From positions 1 through 63,850 of the forward strand of contig JAAILG010001639.1 of NCBI GenBank assembly GCA_012026655.1: a stretch of DNA of 63,850 bases. Direction: 5' to 3'. The translations under genes and the position numbers were made by a program. The notes below the pieces were generated by a model. The model worked only from the letters and a program-made list of their open reading frames with translations, had not been told where the DNA came from and made no database searches. This stretch comes from Hydrolagus affinis (Eukaryota). Below are positions 1 to 12,275 of the stretch, one piece after another (position 1 is the stretch's first letter; every line of letters starts with the position of its first letter).

Positions 1-49
1 AATAGGAAATATTTTTTTTTTCGCTGGACCAATACTTTGTTTCTTAAAG

Positions 50-150
50 GTTGCTCAGTGGCCTGGCAAAAGAAGCAGTTTTCTACAACCTCCGAGTTCC
101 AGACCAGTTTCAGAAATCCAAGGAGGAAATCAATGTGGTTGTTCTCACAG
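50..150 (+). CDS. Internal coding exon (first in window) of NERD-like domain protein gene: LLSGLAKEAVFYNLRVPDQFQKSKEEINVVVLT
   Basis: Pyrimidine tract and AG acceptor (tttgtttcttaaag|G), donor CAG|gtattc at 151. Length 101 nt = 1+99+1, open frame, and phase 1 joins the next exon to form Gly (G|GA). Earlier exon(s) lie outside the window. Confidence 0.85.
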
Positions 151-836
151 GTATTCATTTTAGTTTGAAACCTCACCTTAACTATTGGATTCCACGTAAT
201 ATTCCTTGCATTTGCATTTGATATAGATGCCACCCTATCACATCCTTCGAGATGTCTCAAAGCGCTTCTCAGATATACTGTGGAGTGAATTGGCTGTATA
301 TTTGGTGGGTGAAACCCAGCAGCCAACTGCTCACATGGCACACTCACCCTGCTACAATATTCAACCCGTTCATATGCATATATAGAATGGGAGACATTTG
401 TCATATACTTCACCAGCAAAAACACTAATTATAAGATGGTTGTGACGGGTTCCAGTTTTCAAAGCATCTCCTTGTAACTCGTATGCCAAATTCTAGTGGT
501 GAATTTAATTGGTTTCCTCTCCAACATCTTACCGTCCTCTGGACAATAGAAACTATTGGAGCCTTACATCTGACAACAATCCCAAATGTGGAGAATAACT
601 TCAAGACGTTACCAGGGTTGATTTCATTTGAAGCAAATGAATAACAATTGTTCTGGAAAATGATCATTTCAAGCAAAAATAAGTCGATGTGTTTTTTAAT
701 TGCCTAATGTTGGGTAGACATTTTCTATACGCTGTGCGGTGGATCATCACCAATTCTGTTTCAGTTGAGAAAAAAAAACCTTCATTGTTTTGTGCTTTTA
801 TAACTTATTCCGTTCACTTCACTGGTGATATTTTAG

Positions 837-985
837 GACAAGGAGTGTTCTGTCTGGATCTGAGGAATTGGCAGGGTAAGGTGTCCATGCAGGATGATTC
901 TTGGCTACTAGAATCACCAGAGAGCTCAGAAATGATCAAAAACACTTTAGTCAAACAGTTTGCTGATCCCGTCCAGAGAATTAAG
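837..985 (+). CDS. Coding exon 2 (in window): GQGVFCLDLRNWQGKVSMQDDSWLLESPESSEMIKNTLVKQFADPVQRIK
   Basis: Acceptor atattttag|GA, strong donor AAG|gtaaga. 149 nt = 2+147. Lies within ORF 689..1345 and continues the NERD-like motif (G-hh-x-h-[E/D]-x-[K/R]-N-W-x-G ... W ... [N/D]-P-h-x-Q/R). Confidence 0.9.
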
Positions 986-3900
986 GTAAGAACTTGTGTA
1001 ATACTGAGATGGAAGATACGCAACATTGTTTTTGTGTTGCCTGTTAGAATGCATTTTAATGCTTCAGTAATAGACTTGTTTACATCTACAGCTTGTTTCC
1101 CAAGTTCCTACTGTCTGTTTTGGACGGTAGGGGCAACCTATTTAAAACCTCTTTCACATTGGCTAAAGAATTTACAAATTTGGCAAACCCCAAATGGTCT
1201 AAAATACTCTATAAATGGAGCGTTTCCAGTGTTATTAAGTATTATTCTTAGTATTGAGATGCATGAGCTGAAAACTTGTAGGACTACTTGGGTCGGGGTG
1301 ATAATAGATTGCTTAGCCATGATAGCTACTCAAGAGTTAAGATAATCTGCCCAGGGCAGAAGAAAACTGATGTTATTCACAATATGTGATTTATTAGAGC
1401 GATGCTAATTGTGCAAATAAGACTGTTGTCAATCATAAAACCACATTATCGTTTGGCAAACCTAATAATATTAGCACCTGTTTTTAAAAGCATCTTGCAC
1501 TTCATTAATCAGCTTCAAGAACTGGCTCAACACAGATCAGCCAAAGGCACTTTCTGATCACAACTGCGGTATTCAAATCACCATTAAGATCATTTTTCTG
1601 TCAAAGTATTCGAGCGACTGCTTTGTTATCGCGCCTGTTTATTTTTGTATAAATTTGTTAGTTACACCTTTTTTTCCTCTTTGGTCTTTCCCTTCATTTT
1701 TCAATGTGTTTTTCTCTCTTTTATTACGCTATCTCCTTTGGCCCTCTGTTCCATCTCAAGTAATCTGGGGATCTGGAGCTCAATTTTTGGAATGTCAGTA
1801 CATTTTACAACAACTTATGGCCAGGCAGAAAATAGACTTGACATCAACATTCATGTAGGAAGTGTTAATGCTTAGTTGCATTTTCCTATATGGATTTAAC
1901 ACGCCAGTAATTGCTTAATGCTAATGGATTGAAATTCCGATTGAACCAATTATTAAGGGGTAGGTCCAATTAAATTGGCTAAGAAATGGGTACATTTAAA
2001 TTGGGTAAAGCACCACAAGTCTTTCTGCCACATGTATTGTGATTCGCTTGACCAGACTTTGCATTAAGTGTGTGCATTGACTGTTGTTTTCCTTGTACAT
2101 TAAACAAAAGTCATGCGTTAAAAATAAGCGTTTAGACCTTGCATCATGAACTAATATTAATAACTTTTACCAACATTGTCGGCTTGTGCAATATGCCTTA
2201 CAAATCTATTTAAATTATATCACATTTCTAGTGTTCTCAATGGACTCTGTGTAACGCTTATGACTGTGACATTGTTGCACAGAATTAAATTAATTTCTTT
2301 GACACGGAAAGCTACTTTTTATGAATATATTTGCGAAAGTAGCATCTGGGGAACCGACAGAATAAAAGGCCATCGTGTGCGCAAATTAAAATCCTAAAAT
2401 GTAAAAAAAAATACACAGGCTGGTCAGTTACAAATAGAGAGTTTGTAGGGCTTGTAGTAGTATATTTCACACATTAGAAAGAGTACTTCTCAACAACAAA
2501 CTGTGGCAATGTACAGTTAACTACAAATACCTGAGGTCACCAAGCAAAACTCTTTCTGTTGAGTTGATACAAGGTGACCTAAACAGAGAAGAATTTCTTT
2601 TAAGTGGTCAATAAGTAAGAATTTTTCAATCCAAAGTCGCTGATTCTGAGAAAGGATTTTTTTCTTTTCAGCTGGAGAATGGATTGCGAATGACGCCTGC
2701 GGATCCTGTACCAATTTATTTAATAATTGGTCACTATAATTTACTGTGCGCAAATTGGCTGCAGCGTTTGGCTAAAAAAAAAAATCACTTTACACGCTTC
2801 ACAGTAAATCCCACAAAGAGCTTTGAGATGTCCTCCTGACATGAATGCTCTATATGAAATGCAATGATTACTACAACAACAACTGGCAGTTATATAGCAT
2901 TCTCCACTCCGGGTAGCATCTCACAGCGCTTAAATACTGTGATTACTATTATTATTAATACAACAACCATAAATTGTATTTATATGGCACCAATCCTATT
3001 GGGTTGATGTCCCAAGGTGCTGGACAGCTCAGGATTTGCACTTGATATGGGAGAGGTAGGGAAAAGGGGATTGGAGGGAATGACTGATAATTATAAAATT
3101 AATTATTAGAGGACTTTTTAAAAACCATCTAACAATTAAGACACTTTGCTAATTTACATTGAATACTTTATCAGTGCTAGATTAAGCTCATGAAAGCATG
3201 TGCCTTCTACTGGATTATGTGGGTGAAAGTTGAGGACAGTCATTTATACACTTATTCACTGCATAGGAATTGTTTATTCCACAGAAGGGAGACTGCCACA
3301 GACATCTATCATGCAGTTATGAGCATTCTGCTGACTAGATTCTTAGAAGTACAGGTAGTTCATTTAGAAACTTGTGCAATATTGAAGCATTTCAGTCAAA
3401 TCATAAAGTTTAGAGAATACTTAGGAGAATAGATTTGGCCATCACTCAATTTGAGAATTCTTTTAATATTTTAACATTGAATCCTGTCTCTCTCTCTCAC
3501 CCCCCACCACACCCCCACCCCGATTAAATTGGCTGAGGGTATGGACAAGCTTTTTGTTTCAGCAGTTGATGAAGTAGTTAAGAGCTAGTGTTGCTGTGGT
3601 TACTGTGTTTATACACTGGGGAGGATAAAGGGCCCTGATCGATATCGCAATAATATTCTGGTGCATATGCCTATGTTGTTATTCAAGGTGTTGCATTCTG
3701 ACTGAAAACCCTTCAGTACAAAAGTGCTGCCCCTTTTAATGTAGCTATTTAATTTTTTTAATGTTCAATATTTAAATGAGGCATCAGCTAATTTCTGAAG
3801 CCTAAGTCTCTATGGTTGAGCAAGAGGGCCATTGGAACTACTTGTTCTTTTTTAACCGAGCAAAGCTCTTCATCTCAATTGTGATAATAATGCTTGTTGA

Positions 3901-4577
3901 AGAAGACAAGTATCTCAACACAGCTGTCAGACTCAAGTCTTGTCCTCTGGATAGGTATAATTGTTTCTCTAGAATGAAGCTAAATGCTGGCAAATGCTAG
4001 GTTTAGACATTTGGAAGTACTTGATAATTTAGATCTGTGAGTATTTCAAACTCTTACCTATCCATTTCCTTTTGTTTAAAGCTTCCCAGTTGCTTGTTTT
4101 TTTTTAATGAGTTTTGCTAATTGTGTGCAGCGCAGCGAAGTAATTATTCCAGATGTGTTGTCAAGTAAATATTGTCTCTGTTAAAATGAAACCTAATTTC
4201 AGGCTCCTATCAAAAGATCATTAGTTTCATTATTACTTTTTACTAAAATGAATGTAATACGGGTGTGCTTACATAACTTTTGGTTCTTGACAACCAAATG
4301 CGTTTGTATCAAAATGCGTTTGTTTATTCCCACATTTTAAAGGCATCAAAGGCACTTTTCCGACAAGAATTTCAGTCCAAAAATTTGATTTTGAACCACT
4401 CTTACTAAAGTTCATCGTTCGTTCCCTCAATTTATTTCAGAAATAGTAGAAGGAATTTCACATGGCATTTGTAAACTAACCTGTCTCTCGTTTAAAGTAT
4501 TTAGACATGACTTATCTCTTCCGGAATTTAAATAGTTGGCTGGTCTAATGATTCTATTTTTTCCAATAGTGAGCATT

Positions 4578-4812
4578 CTAATAATAATAATCATAACAAT
4601 CCATCCCCCCCAAAAAACACAATAATAAATCGGTCACTTCAATGCCCAACTGTTTGCGGGGGACGCTGCTGTGCGCAATTGACTGCCGCGTTTTGCCCAC
4701 AAATATAGTCAATTCACTTTACAGTATACTCTGTGAATCGCTTTGAGATGTCGACAAGATGTGAAAAGCGCTATATCAAATGCAAATTCTATTATTATAG
4801 AATTATTATTAT
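4578..4812 (+). mobile_element. SINE, 5'-truncated (further truncated copies at ~197-340(-), 2745-2870, 5100-5280, 5400-5567, 10399-10560(-), 12890-13010, 14465-14585, 20660-20810, 22835-22935, 59940-60059)
   Basis: Shared core gctgtgcgcaattggctgc and tail gtgaagcgctttgagac...atatcaaatgcaaggattattatt. Confidence 0.8.
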
Positions 4813-6085
4813 TCTGAAGGACTATTTGTGTCTGAGCACTCCATTGCTGTACGAAAATGAAATACACTGCAGCATAGTCGCAACAACACTAATACACTGA
4901 ACTGTGCAGCATTTACAGCCATTACATTGCTCTGTCTGGAGGCTACATTTTGTGATGTTTAAGGAAATTTCCAGAAAAGTTCAGGCATAATTTAATTGCC
5001 AGTGGAATTTTCAAATCTGTTTCAGCCAAGGGGGAAAGCAATAAAACTGTTCTTTGATACAAGTTTATTAGGCTCTTACGATTCATTCTCCTGGCCAACA
5101 ATCCCCCAAAATAAAATTGGTCATTTACTCCAAGGCTGATTGTAGGATATTGCTGTAAGCAAATTGACTGCGGCATTTTGCCCAGCACATATAATGGTTC
5201 ACTAACTGTGTCATCAAAGCACTGACTTATGTAACATTAAAAGGCACTATATAAAATGTAAGGATGATGGTTGTTATGAGAACTCTCAATTTTACTTAAT
5301 AATTTTCAAATGGTCACATTTTCGACAGAGGCAATATCCTACCAGGCAAAATAGTGTTGAGTGTCGGGTTTAATTTGATTTAATTTGATGAATTAAATTC
5401 AAGAAATTTAATTCATTGAATGGAGATAGTTTGTGAGATATTGCTGTGTGCAATTGGCTGTCGCGTTTCACCCGCAAATATACAGTCAATTCACTTCACA
5501 GTGAAATGACTTGAAGATGTGATAAGGCACTATATCAAATGCAAAGATTATTATTATTATTATTATTCTAGTTGTGAATCTGCAAACTGTAAAAGAGTTT
5601 GTCAAGTCCTTCCCCAGCTCTCGTACCTTGATACTGTTTTGTTTTGCCTGCTGTAACATGACTCCTTGATTCCGACGGCTGCAATGTGTTTTTCCAAGTA
5701 ATGTTTATGAACTAAAATTAAACTGAAATCAAATACCGTATGCACATCGGTTCTCAGGACAGTGTTATTGCTTCTCAAAAAAATTGCAAAAGAAAACTGT
5801 TGCTTGGAAGAATCCCAGAAAGGTTCCGTCTACAGCTGCCTTTATCCTTGTGAGAGCCATGTGCTATGACTTGATCCTCATTGGCATCACGTGAACAGTT
5901 ATTTTTACGGTTGTTGATCTGAAACAACTTACTTCGCCACTTGCTGGGGTGACCAATTAAGTTTTTTTTCCAACCAATGATTGTTGTGAAGTTTCTCAGC
6001 AGGACTAATCGTGCTGCTGTTTGAAGGAGGCATTCAGTTTCTAAGATGTAAATATTTTCCATTACTTATTAGTTGAGCACTGAAA

Positions 6086-6576
6086 GGACTCGCCAATAAC
6101 ATGCTGTTGGTCGGTGGGTTAATCGCTCAGGCTCTTTGCCTGAATAGTATCTGTCAAATGGAATATTGAGTGTAGGTAAAATGAGGTTACAACGACAGCA
6201 GCAGTCCTACCCTGGAGGTTTTTTTTTGATCATTGAGAGAAATAGTGAAAGAAACTGGAAAGTGCTACTATTGTGCAATTACCTTCACTATGTCCATGCA
6301 ATAACCCGTCTGTTTGCAGGTCACAATGTGGGTGTGCAGATCGTACAATTGCAGAAGTGGGGAAATAGATTGAGATCGGATATAATGCAATGCATGTCCA
6401 GCGTAGTATCTTTGAGGCAAGCACCTTCAATAACCTGGTTTATGCTGCTGGAAGCAATTCAGAGTAGGGATCTGTAGTTATATCTCTCGCTTCCAAATTC
6501 ATTCACCCGGGCCTGCGGTGAGCTTTGTGAATGTACAGACTTTCCTCGGGGTAGGGTAGTGGAAATTCGATTGTGA
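6086..6576 (+). pseudogene. Decayed kelch-repeat (KLHL/KBTBD-like) coding remnant within intron 2
   Basis: Frameshifted and stop-interrupted fragments in kelch order: NMLLVGG; SVGKMRLQRQQ..YPGG..IERNSE/ETGKC; SYNCRSG..*IEIG..AMHVQRSIFEASTFNNLVYAAGSNSE*GSV/LYLSLPNSFT. Recognised by eye only. Confidence 0.5.
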
Positions 6577-7310
6577 GAGTGTTCAAATGGATCGTGAAAT
6601 AAACTCTTCATCTGAACCAATCTTGCAAATTGAGAAAGAGGGAGTCTTAGAGAAACTGAATGGTAGCTGCCAACAGCACCCCGGAGAGGTGACCGTTCTA
6701 GGACCTCACTAAAGTGCGGTCATTGAAAGGGAGATAGAAAATATAGGTTGCTTTCTGCTTTGATTCATGGCCACCTGTTGTTATAATGGGACAGGCTTTC
6801 TGAAACTTTAAATGAGCAAGAACTCAGAGAGACAGAGCAGTGTTTGGTAAGAACTTTTTGAACTTGTTTTCACTTTTTGGTTGGGCCGGATGGCTTGTTT
6901 CCACGCTGTACATTCTTTGTAAATCTTTGTAAATTGGTGACAAAATCTTTCTTTATCACAAAGACTGAAGCGAGGTTAACAGCTCAACCCCTATCAATAA
7001 GTAAAATAACATAAAGGCCTTCACCAACTCCAACGTTTTCAACAAGTGGCAAGTATTGCTTTAGTGAACCAGCCAAATGAATCCAAAATCTATCCATTTA
7101 GCAGATGTGGGTTTGAATAATATAGGTAGGGTGTACAACATGAAAGCACAACTACAGAAAAAAAGGTAAATCTATGATTCACAATTGAAACCTCATCAAA
7201 GAAAACAAAACTCACAGATATGGAAATGATCTTTAAAGCCAAGAATTGAAACGTGTGACTAGGCATATGGAACACATAGGTTATTCTACTATGCAATCTG
7301 CCTTACATTT

Positions 7311-7915
7311 AACAACCACAACAACAACAAAATTACATTTATAGAGCGCCTTTCACGTCGCAAAGACGTCCCAAGGCACTGAACAGGTCGGGATTTGAGC
7401 AGGGGTGGGGGGTGGGGGTCGAGGCAGGGGGAAGGAAAGTCAGAAAGTGGGGAGAGTTAGGAGGGGAGCAGAAGGCACGGTCGATGAGGAAGGTCTTGAG
7501 ACCGGCCTTGAGGAGGAAAGAGAGGAAATGAGGTGAGGGGATTGCGGGATGGAGTTCCAGAGTGTGGGGGCAAGAAGCTGAAAGCCCAACCACCAATGGT
7601 TGGGTGGTTCGGGCGGGGGACATGGAGCAGGCCAGAACCCACTGAACGGAGGGGACGGGCAGGCTGATAGGGAGACAGCAGGTCAGAGAGATGGGCAGGG
7701 GCAAGGCCATGAATGGCCTTGAAAGTGAGGACAAGGATCTTGAATTCGATCCTCTGGGAGATGGGGAGCCAGTGGAGACGGGCGAGGGTAGAGGTGATGT
7801 GGTCGGGGAGCCTAGTGAGGGAGAGTACACGAGTACAGAATCTGCAGCTTGTGAAAGGAGGAGCTGGGAAAGCTGACAAGGAGAGAATTCCTGTAGTCGA
7901 GCCTAGATGTGATGA
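7311..7915 (-). mobile_element. L2-clade LINE, 5'-truncated 3' end (ORF2 C-terminus, 3'UTR and (GTT)n tail), family A
   Basis: Minus-strand peptide FITSRLDYRNSLL...DHITSTLARLHWLPISQRIEFKILVLTFKAIHGLAPAHLSDLL, typical of L2 ORF2 after the RT domain. Tail gggacgtc...gacgtgaaaggcgctctataaatgtaattttgttgttg. Confidence 0.9.
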
Positions 7916-8315
7916 ATTTAATACTATTTAGCACATTTTATTAGTGCAGCATGTAAAAACAGATTACCAATTTATGGTGGTGGTTTAATCTATCTCGCCA
8001 AAGCTTCAATCTGTAAAGTTACTAATGGCGCACAGAATAGGCTTTGCTTTTTTGACAGAAAGTTTTAATCACATTCATGTTGTGTTGACAGGTTATATTG
8101 CAAACTGATCTCATGCACACAGGAAATCAGACCTTATTTGGAGAATCTGTGTTAGTGGATTAGACAACAGCACTGCATTGTCACTTCTGGGATATTTGCT
8201 CAAACCAGACGCATACAGATAAAACAGAGGCTTATTTCTCTAATGTCTGAGTGAAAACACTTGGACTTTCTGTACACCATCCCCTGTAGAACAGGGGGCA
8301 CAGTAGCAGAACTTT

Positions 8316-8585
8316 GAAGTCCTGTGATTTCCGAATCCAGGCAGGTCAGGGCGAAACCTTGGCAAGTTTCCTTATTCCACACGCCTAATAATAATCGGTC
8401 CAAAAAAAGACTATAATAAATTTGTCATTTCAATCCACGACTGTGGGTCACTGCTGTGTGCAATTGGCTGCTGCGTTTCACCCACAAATGTACAGTCAAT
8501 TCACTTTACAATGTATTCCATGAAGCACTTTGAGATGTCTAGAAGATGTGAAAAGCGCTATATCAAATGCAAGGATTATTATTAT
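8316..8585 (+). mobile_element. Young tRNA-Deu SINE with a deletion in the tRNA head
   Basis: gaagtcctgtg..cgaatccaggcaggtcagggcgaaaccttggcaagtttcc...aaatgcaaggattattattat. Confidence 0.85.
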
Positions 8586-8855
8586 CAACTCTTAAACTCC
8601 TGGAATGCAACAAACACAACAACTTGCATATATAGTACCCTTCATGTGGGTAGAGTCCCAGAGCGAATGCACCACCTGAAAGGATTGGTGGAAACAGATT
8701 CAATAACAACTTTCTGAAGCGAATTGGGCAGTTACTTGAAAAAGAAAAATTTGCAAGGCTTTAGGGAAAGAGCAGGTGAGTGGGAATGATTGGGTAGCTT
8801 CTTCAAAGAGCTGGCATGGGCACGATGGCCAAATGGCCTTCTTCTGTGCTGTCAT

Positions 8856-8992
8856 TACAATAATAATCCTTGCATTTGATTTAGCTTCAAGATGTCTCAA
8901 AGCCTACAAGAATACACTGTAAAGTGAATTGACCATATACTGTATGTGTGGGGGATTCATGGCAGCCAATTGCGCACAGCAGTGTCCCACGA
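8856..8992 (-). mobile_element. SINE 3' half
   Basis: aataataatccttgcatttgat...ggcagccaattgcgcacagcagtgtcccac. Confidence 0.85.
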
Positions 8993-9399
8993 ACAAGCCC
9001 TTCTGTAACTTTAACCAAATAGTAGCTCACAGAAGTAGAATATGTTTTCTTTGAACTTGAATTATATTTTTTGATTGGACCGAGTGGGCTGTTTCCATAC
9101 TGTACACTCTTTGAAAATCTTTGGTTGCAAAATCTTTCCTCACCACAAAGCCTAACGCTTGTTTAACAGTTTAACCCTTATTAATAAGTGCAATCCCAAA
9201 TCCCTGAACTTGGCTTCTCTAACTTCATCGGGGGTGGGGGGGTGGGGGGAGGGGGGAACGGTTGGAACGGGAGGGAGGGGAGGAGGTCAGTCCGTGAAAA
9301 ATATCACTTGAACCTCAAATTCGGCCCCTATTTTTTTTGTTTCATTTTTTTTTCGTTCTCTGCCCCATCATTATTCACTCGCCTCTTATTCTACCACAG

Positions 9400-9628
9400 A
9401 CCAAAACATCCAATTTGTGGAATCATCTGATGAAAAATGGTGTGTGTCTCCGCCAGACTGTCTTCTTCCCGCGAGTGGTCTTGCTGAATCCCAGCTCTGA
9501 ACTGGACCCACAATTGCTACAGATAAATGAGGTTGTAGCTCCGTGCAATGTGGAAACCTTTCTTTGTTCTTTTAAAGAAGGCTACATGAAATGGATCACT
9601 GATATTATCACACCACATTGGCTGTCCG
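9400..9628 (+). CDS. Coding exon 3: TKTSNLWNHLMKNGVCLRQTVFFPRVVLLNPSSELDPQLLQINEVVAPCNVETFLCSFKEGYMKWITDIITPHWLS(G)
   Basis: Acceptor cctcttattctaccacag|ACC (phase 0, matching exon 2), donor CCG|gtgagt. 229 nt = 76 codons+1. Part of ORF 9337..9651. Confidence 0.9.
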
Positions 9629-9699
9629 GTGAGTACGGACAGAGCTTTTGATGCAGTACTTTTGCAGCACACACCAGTCACACATAGATAGGAGGTGAA

Positions 9700-9908
9700 T
9701 TGCGGTTAGAGCGCTCACCTCGCAAGTGAAAGACCTGGGATCGATTCCCGGCAGGGGAAAATGTTTACCAGGTTTCCTGACTCCACACTCCTCAGTTTAC
9801 CTGCCACGTTTCGCCCATAAATTATACAGTCAATTCACTTTACAGTATATTCTGTGAAGCGCTTTGAGACGTCTAGAAGACGTGAAAAGCGCTATATCAA
9901 ATGCAAGG

Positions 9909-9939
<31 letters not shown>
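9700..9939 (+). mobile_element. SINE with internal deletion, 70 nt after the exon 3 donor
   Basis: ggttagagcgctcacctcgcaagtgaaagacctgggatcgattccc... joined directly to the tail, ending in (ATT)10. Confidence 0.85.
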
Positions 9940-9943
<4 letters not shown>

Positions 9944-11789
9944 GTCAAATCATTTTCCAATATATACTGTGAAACGTCTAGAAGACGTGATAAGTTACTA
10001 TATCAAATGCCAGCATTATAACTGTTATTATAAGTAAGAAGATTGCAAAGTCTAGAAAGTGCTTTGCTCTATTAGTTTTTGTTGCAAAAACAAGACGCCT
10101 TTGAAAGCCTGTCTCATGACTTGCCTCTTTGACCTTCAATTAAAAAATTCTGATCTTTAAAAAAAATCAAAACAATCCTTCACCTTCTTAAAAAAAAGTA
10201 AATGGAACCTCAACACGGAATTCTTAAATAAAGCCTTAAATTTGGGAGCTGGCTTTCTCTAAGTTATTTTAGGAACCACAGAAACATGCCCTGAAAGCTA
10301 TGATTGAATTCAACAATTTGGCAAATTCTAGATGCCCCTAAATGCTACGTAGAGTAAACCTAGACATTGGTGGAATTTCTCCCTAATGGCAGGAAGACAT
10401 AATAATAATAACAAGAATAATCCTTGCATTTGATGTAGCGCTTTATCGTGTCTTCAAGACACAATAAAAAGGGGCTTCACGGGATATACTGTAAAGTATA
10501 TACTGTAAATATATATATATATACTATAAAGTGTAGCGACTGTGTATTTAGTGGACGAAACTCTGAAATGGCAGATCCCCTTGAGAGGAAATGTGTCTGA
10601 CTACTTTGAAGTCACTTCCGTAAATGTGTGGACGAATTAGAGATGACTTGATATTGGAAGCAGAAGTCTTGACTATATGAAAGTCGATTATGCTTTTACC
10701 AAGGTTTAGTGGGAATTAAAGAATCTGAATTAGGATTACTGGTGATACATCTCTAACATTGGGGTAATTCATTTCACACAGTTAACTTTATTCAGATGCT
10801 GTTTGAGAGACAGTACTGATTTACTTTTCATAAATGTGGCCAGTTTCTCTGAATTCTAATGGTCATTGTCCAACCAGGAAAGCCCAATAGATACTTACCA
10901 TGAACACAGCATATAACCTGTTCTAAACCTGTCTCTCCTATTTACAATTGGAATTTCCATCAAGGACTAATTACTGTAGTTCTCTCTCCTTCACTTCATA
11001 AGCCAGTGATTCTTGCTGGGATACAGTTCCACAGATACCACAGCAACACTGGGCTCCCTCAATCCAGAATCATTCAACAGATATTTCAAAGCATTCATTT
11101 TGATATCATGCTCTCCGTACAGTTAGAAAAATGATTCAAACCCTCCCCCCGCGCTGATGCTCTAGATGTGAATTAGTGCAGGAGAAATTACAGCTGGATG
11201 TGTTAATAAAAATCATATTACCTTCCTTGAAATGAGTCGGCAGTGTACACAAATGTATAAATAAGATGCATGCGGTGCTCACTTTGCCTCACAGTCATTG
11301 AAAAAACGTGAGATGTGCCAGATTTCATTACGCAAAATGCCACAATAGAAGTTTAAATGCTGGAGACAGCTGCTGCATTAAAGTATATGGACTCCCAGTT
11401 GCAGCTCCACCCTCATTATAACCTGCTTTCATTTGGCTCCCAAACGGCTTGAGCGCACTACAGAAGGAAATGTGGGGTAGGCCGTTACATTTTGCAGGGA
11501 ATTATTCACACGTTTTAGAATTGTCTAGGAAAACATCAATCGGGTTACAGATGGGGTACTGAATCATGTTTTTTTTTTAAAAAAGAACATTTCCCTTAGT
11601 TTTGCGTTTTGCTGAACAAAAAGAGGTACGCTGAAAGGTCTTATAAGGCATTGGGATTAAAAGTTTTACCCAAAGAACTGATAAATGTGTGTAACTGGCT
11701 CAATGGGCTGAGCAGCCATCTCCTGTTCCTGCTCCCCTAGGCTCATATATTCCAGTACCTCAGCCTTGCCCCTTCCTACCCTATCTACA

Positions 11790-11953
11790 GATCCTCTTCG
11801 ACCATGCCTAAGGTCACCTCCCCCACCTCCTCCCTCTCCCCATGGCTTAGCATCAGTCTCTGCCACTGTCAAGTGCTTTGGGACACTGCCCTTGCTGACT
11901 GGGAGGAGGGGGGCGGTGGGGGGGCAATACAGATACAAGTTGTTGTTGTAGTT
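11790..11953 (+). mobile_element. Diverged L2 3' end ending about 40 nt before the exon 4 acceptor
   Basis: ggtcacctccccc...actgtcaagtgctttgggacac...tacaagttgttgttg, similar to the family-B tail. Confidence 0.55.
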
Positions 11954-11991
11954 GACTGATATTGACTTTTACTTTCTAAATGTGCCTTCAG

Positions 11992-12212
11992 GTCACTTAT
12001 CGTTTCGGCATATCTGTGATTTAAAAGAGGCGCTTGGCAGAATTGGTACCTGGGATCTTTTGGATCTGAACGGTGGGCAGAGGTTGATAGGCGACTACCT
12101 TGGCTGCCAACACATAGCTTTGAATCGAGAGGAGGCAGACGAACTTGAATTTTCACACCACAGAAATCTGTCTGCCGGATACCTCTGGGCTCTGCTAGGC
12201 TTTTCACCCCAG
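11992..12212 (+). CDS. Coding exon 4: (G)HLSFRHICDLKEALGRIGTWDLLDLNGGQRLIGDYLGCQHIALNREEADELEFSHHRNLSAGYLWALLGFSPQ
   Basis: Acceptor tgtgccttcag|GT (completes the phase-1 Gly), donor CAG|gtaggc. 221 nt = 2+219. Part of ORF 11952..12392. Confidence 0.9.
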
Positions 12213-12275
12213 GTAGGCAGCCACACCCCCCCCCCCCCTCCCCACCCCACACACACACGTAATATTACTGGTCTT

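Noticed and set aside
50-985. Identification as CDIN1/C15orf41, another PD-(D/E)xK bystander gene
   Set aside because: No resemblance to the CDIN1 motifs I recall (KTPDF...WIESKASFG).
689-1345. 218-aa ORF as a single-exon gene
   Set aside because: Only 837-985 is bounded by splice sites and protein-like. The rest is intronic read-through.
7339-7931. Overlapping Pro/Ser-rich ORFs (also 48066-48683 and 51161-51726)
   Set aside because: Alternative frames of truncated, frameshifted L2 ORF2 fragments. No intact RT is present.
9231-9286. G-quadruplex-forming G-run upstream of exon 3
   Set aside because: Similar G/C runs occur at many places in the window (3500, 16445, 23420, 43580), so nothing supports a specific function here.
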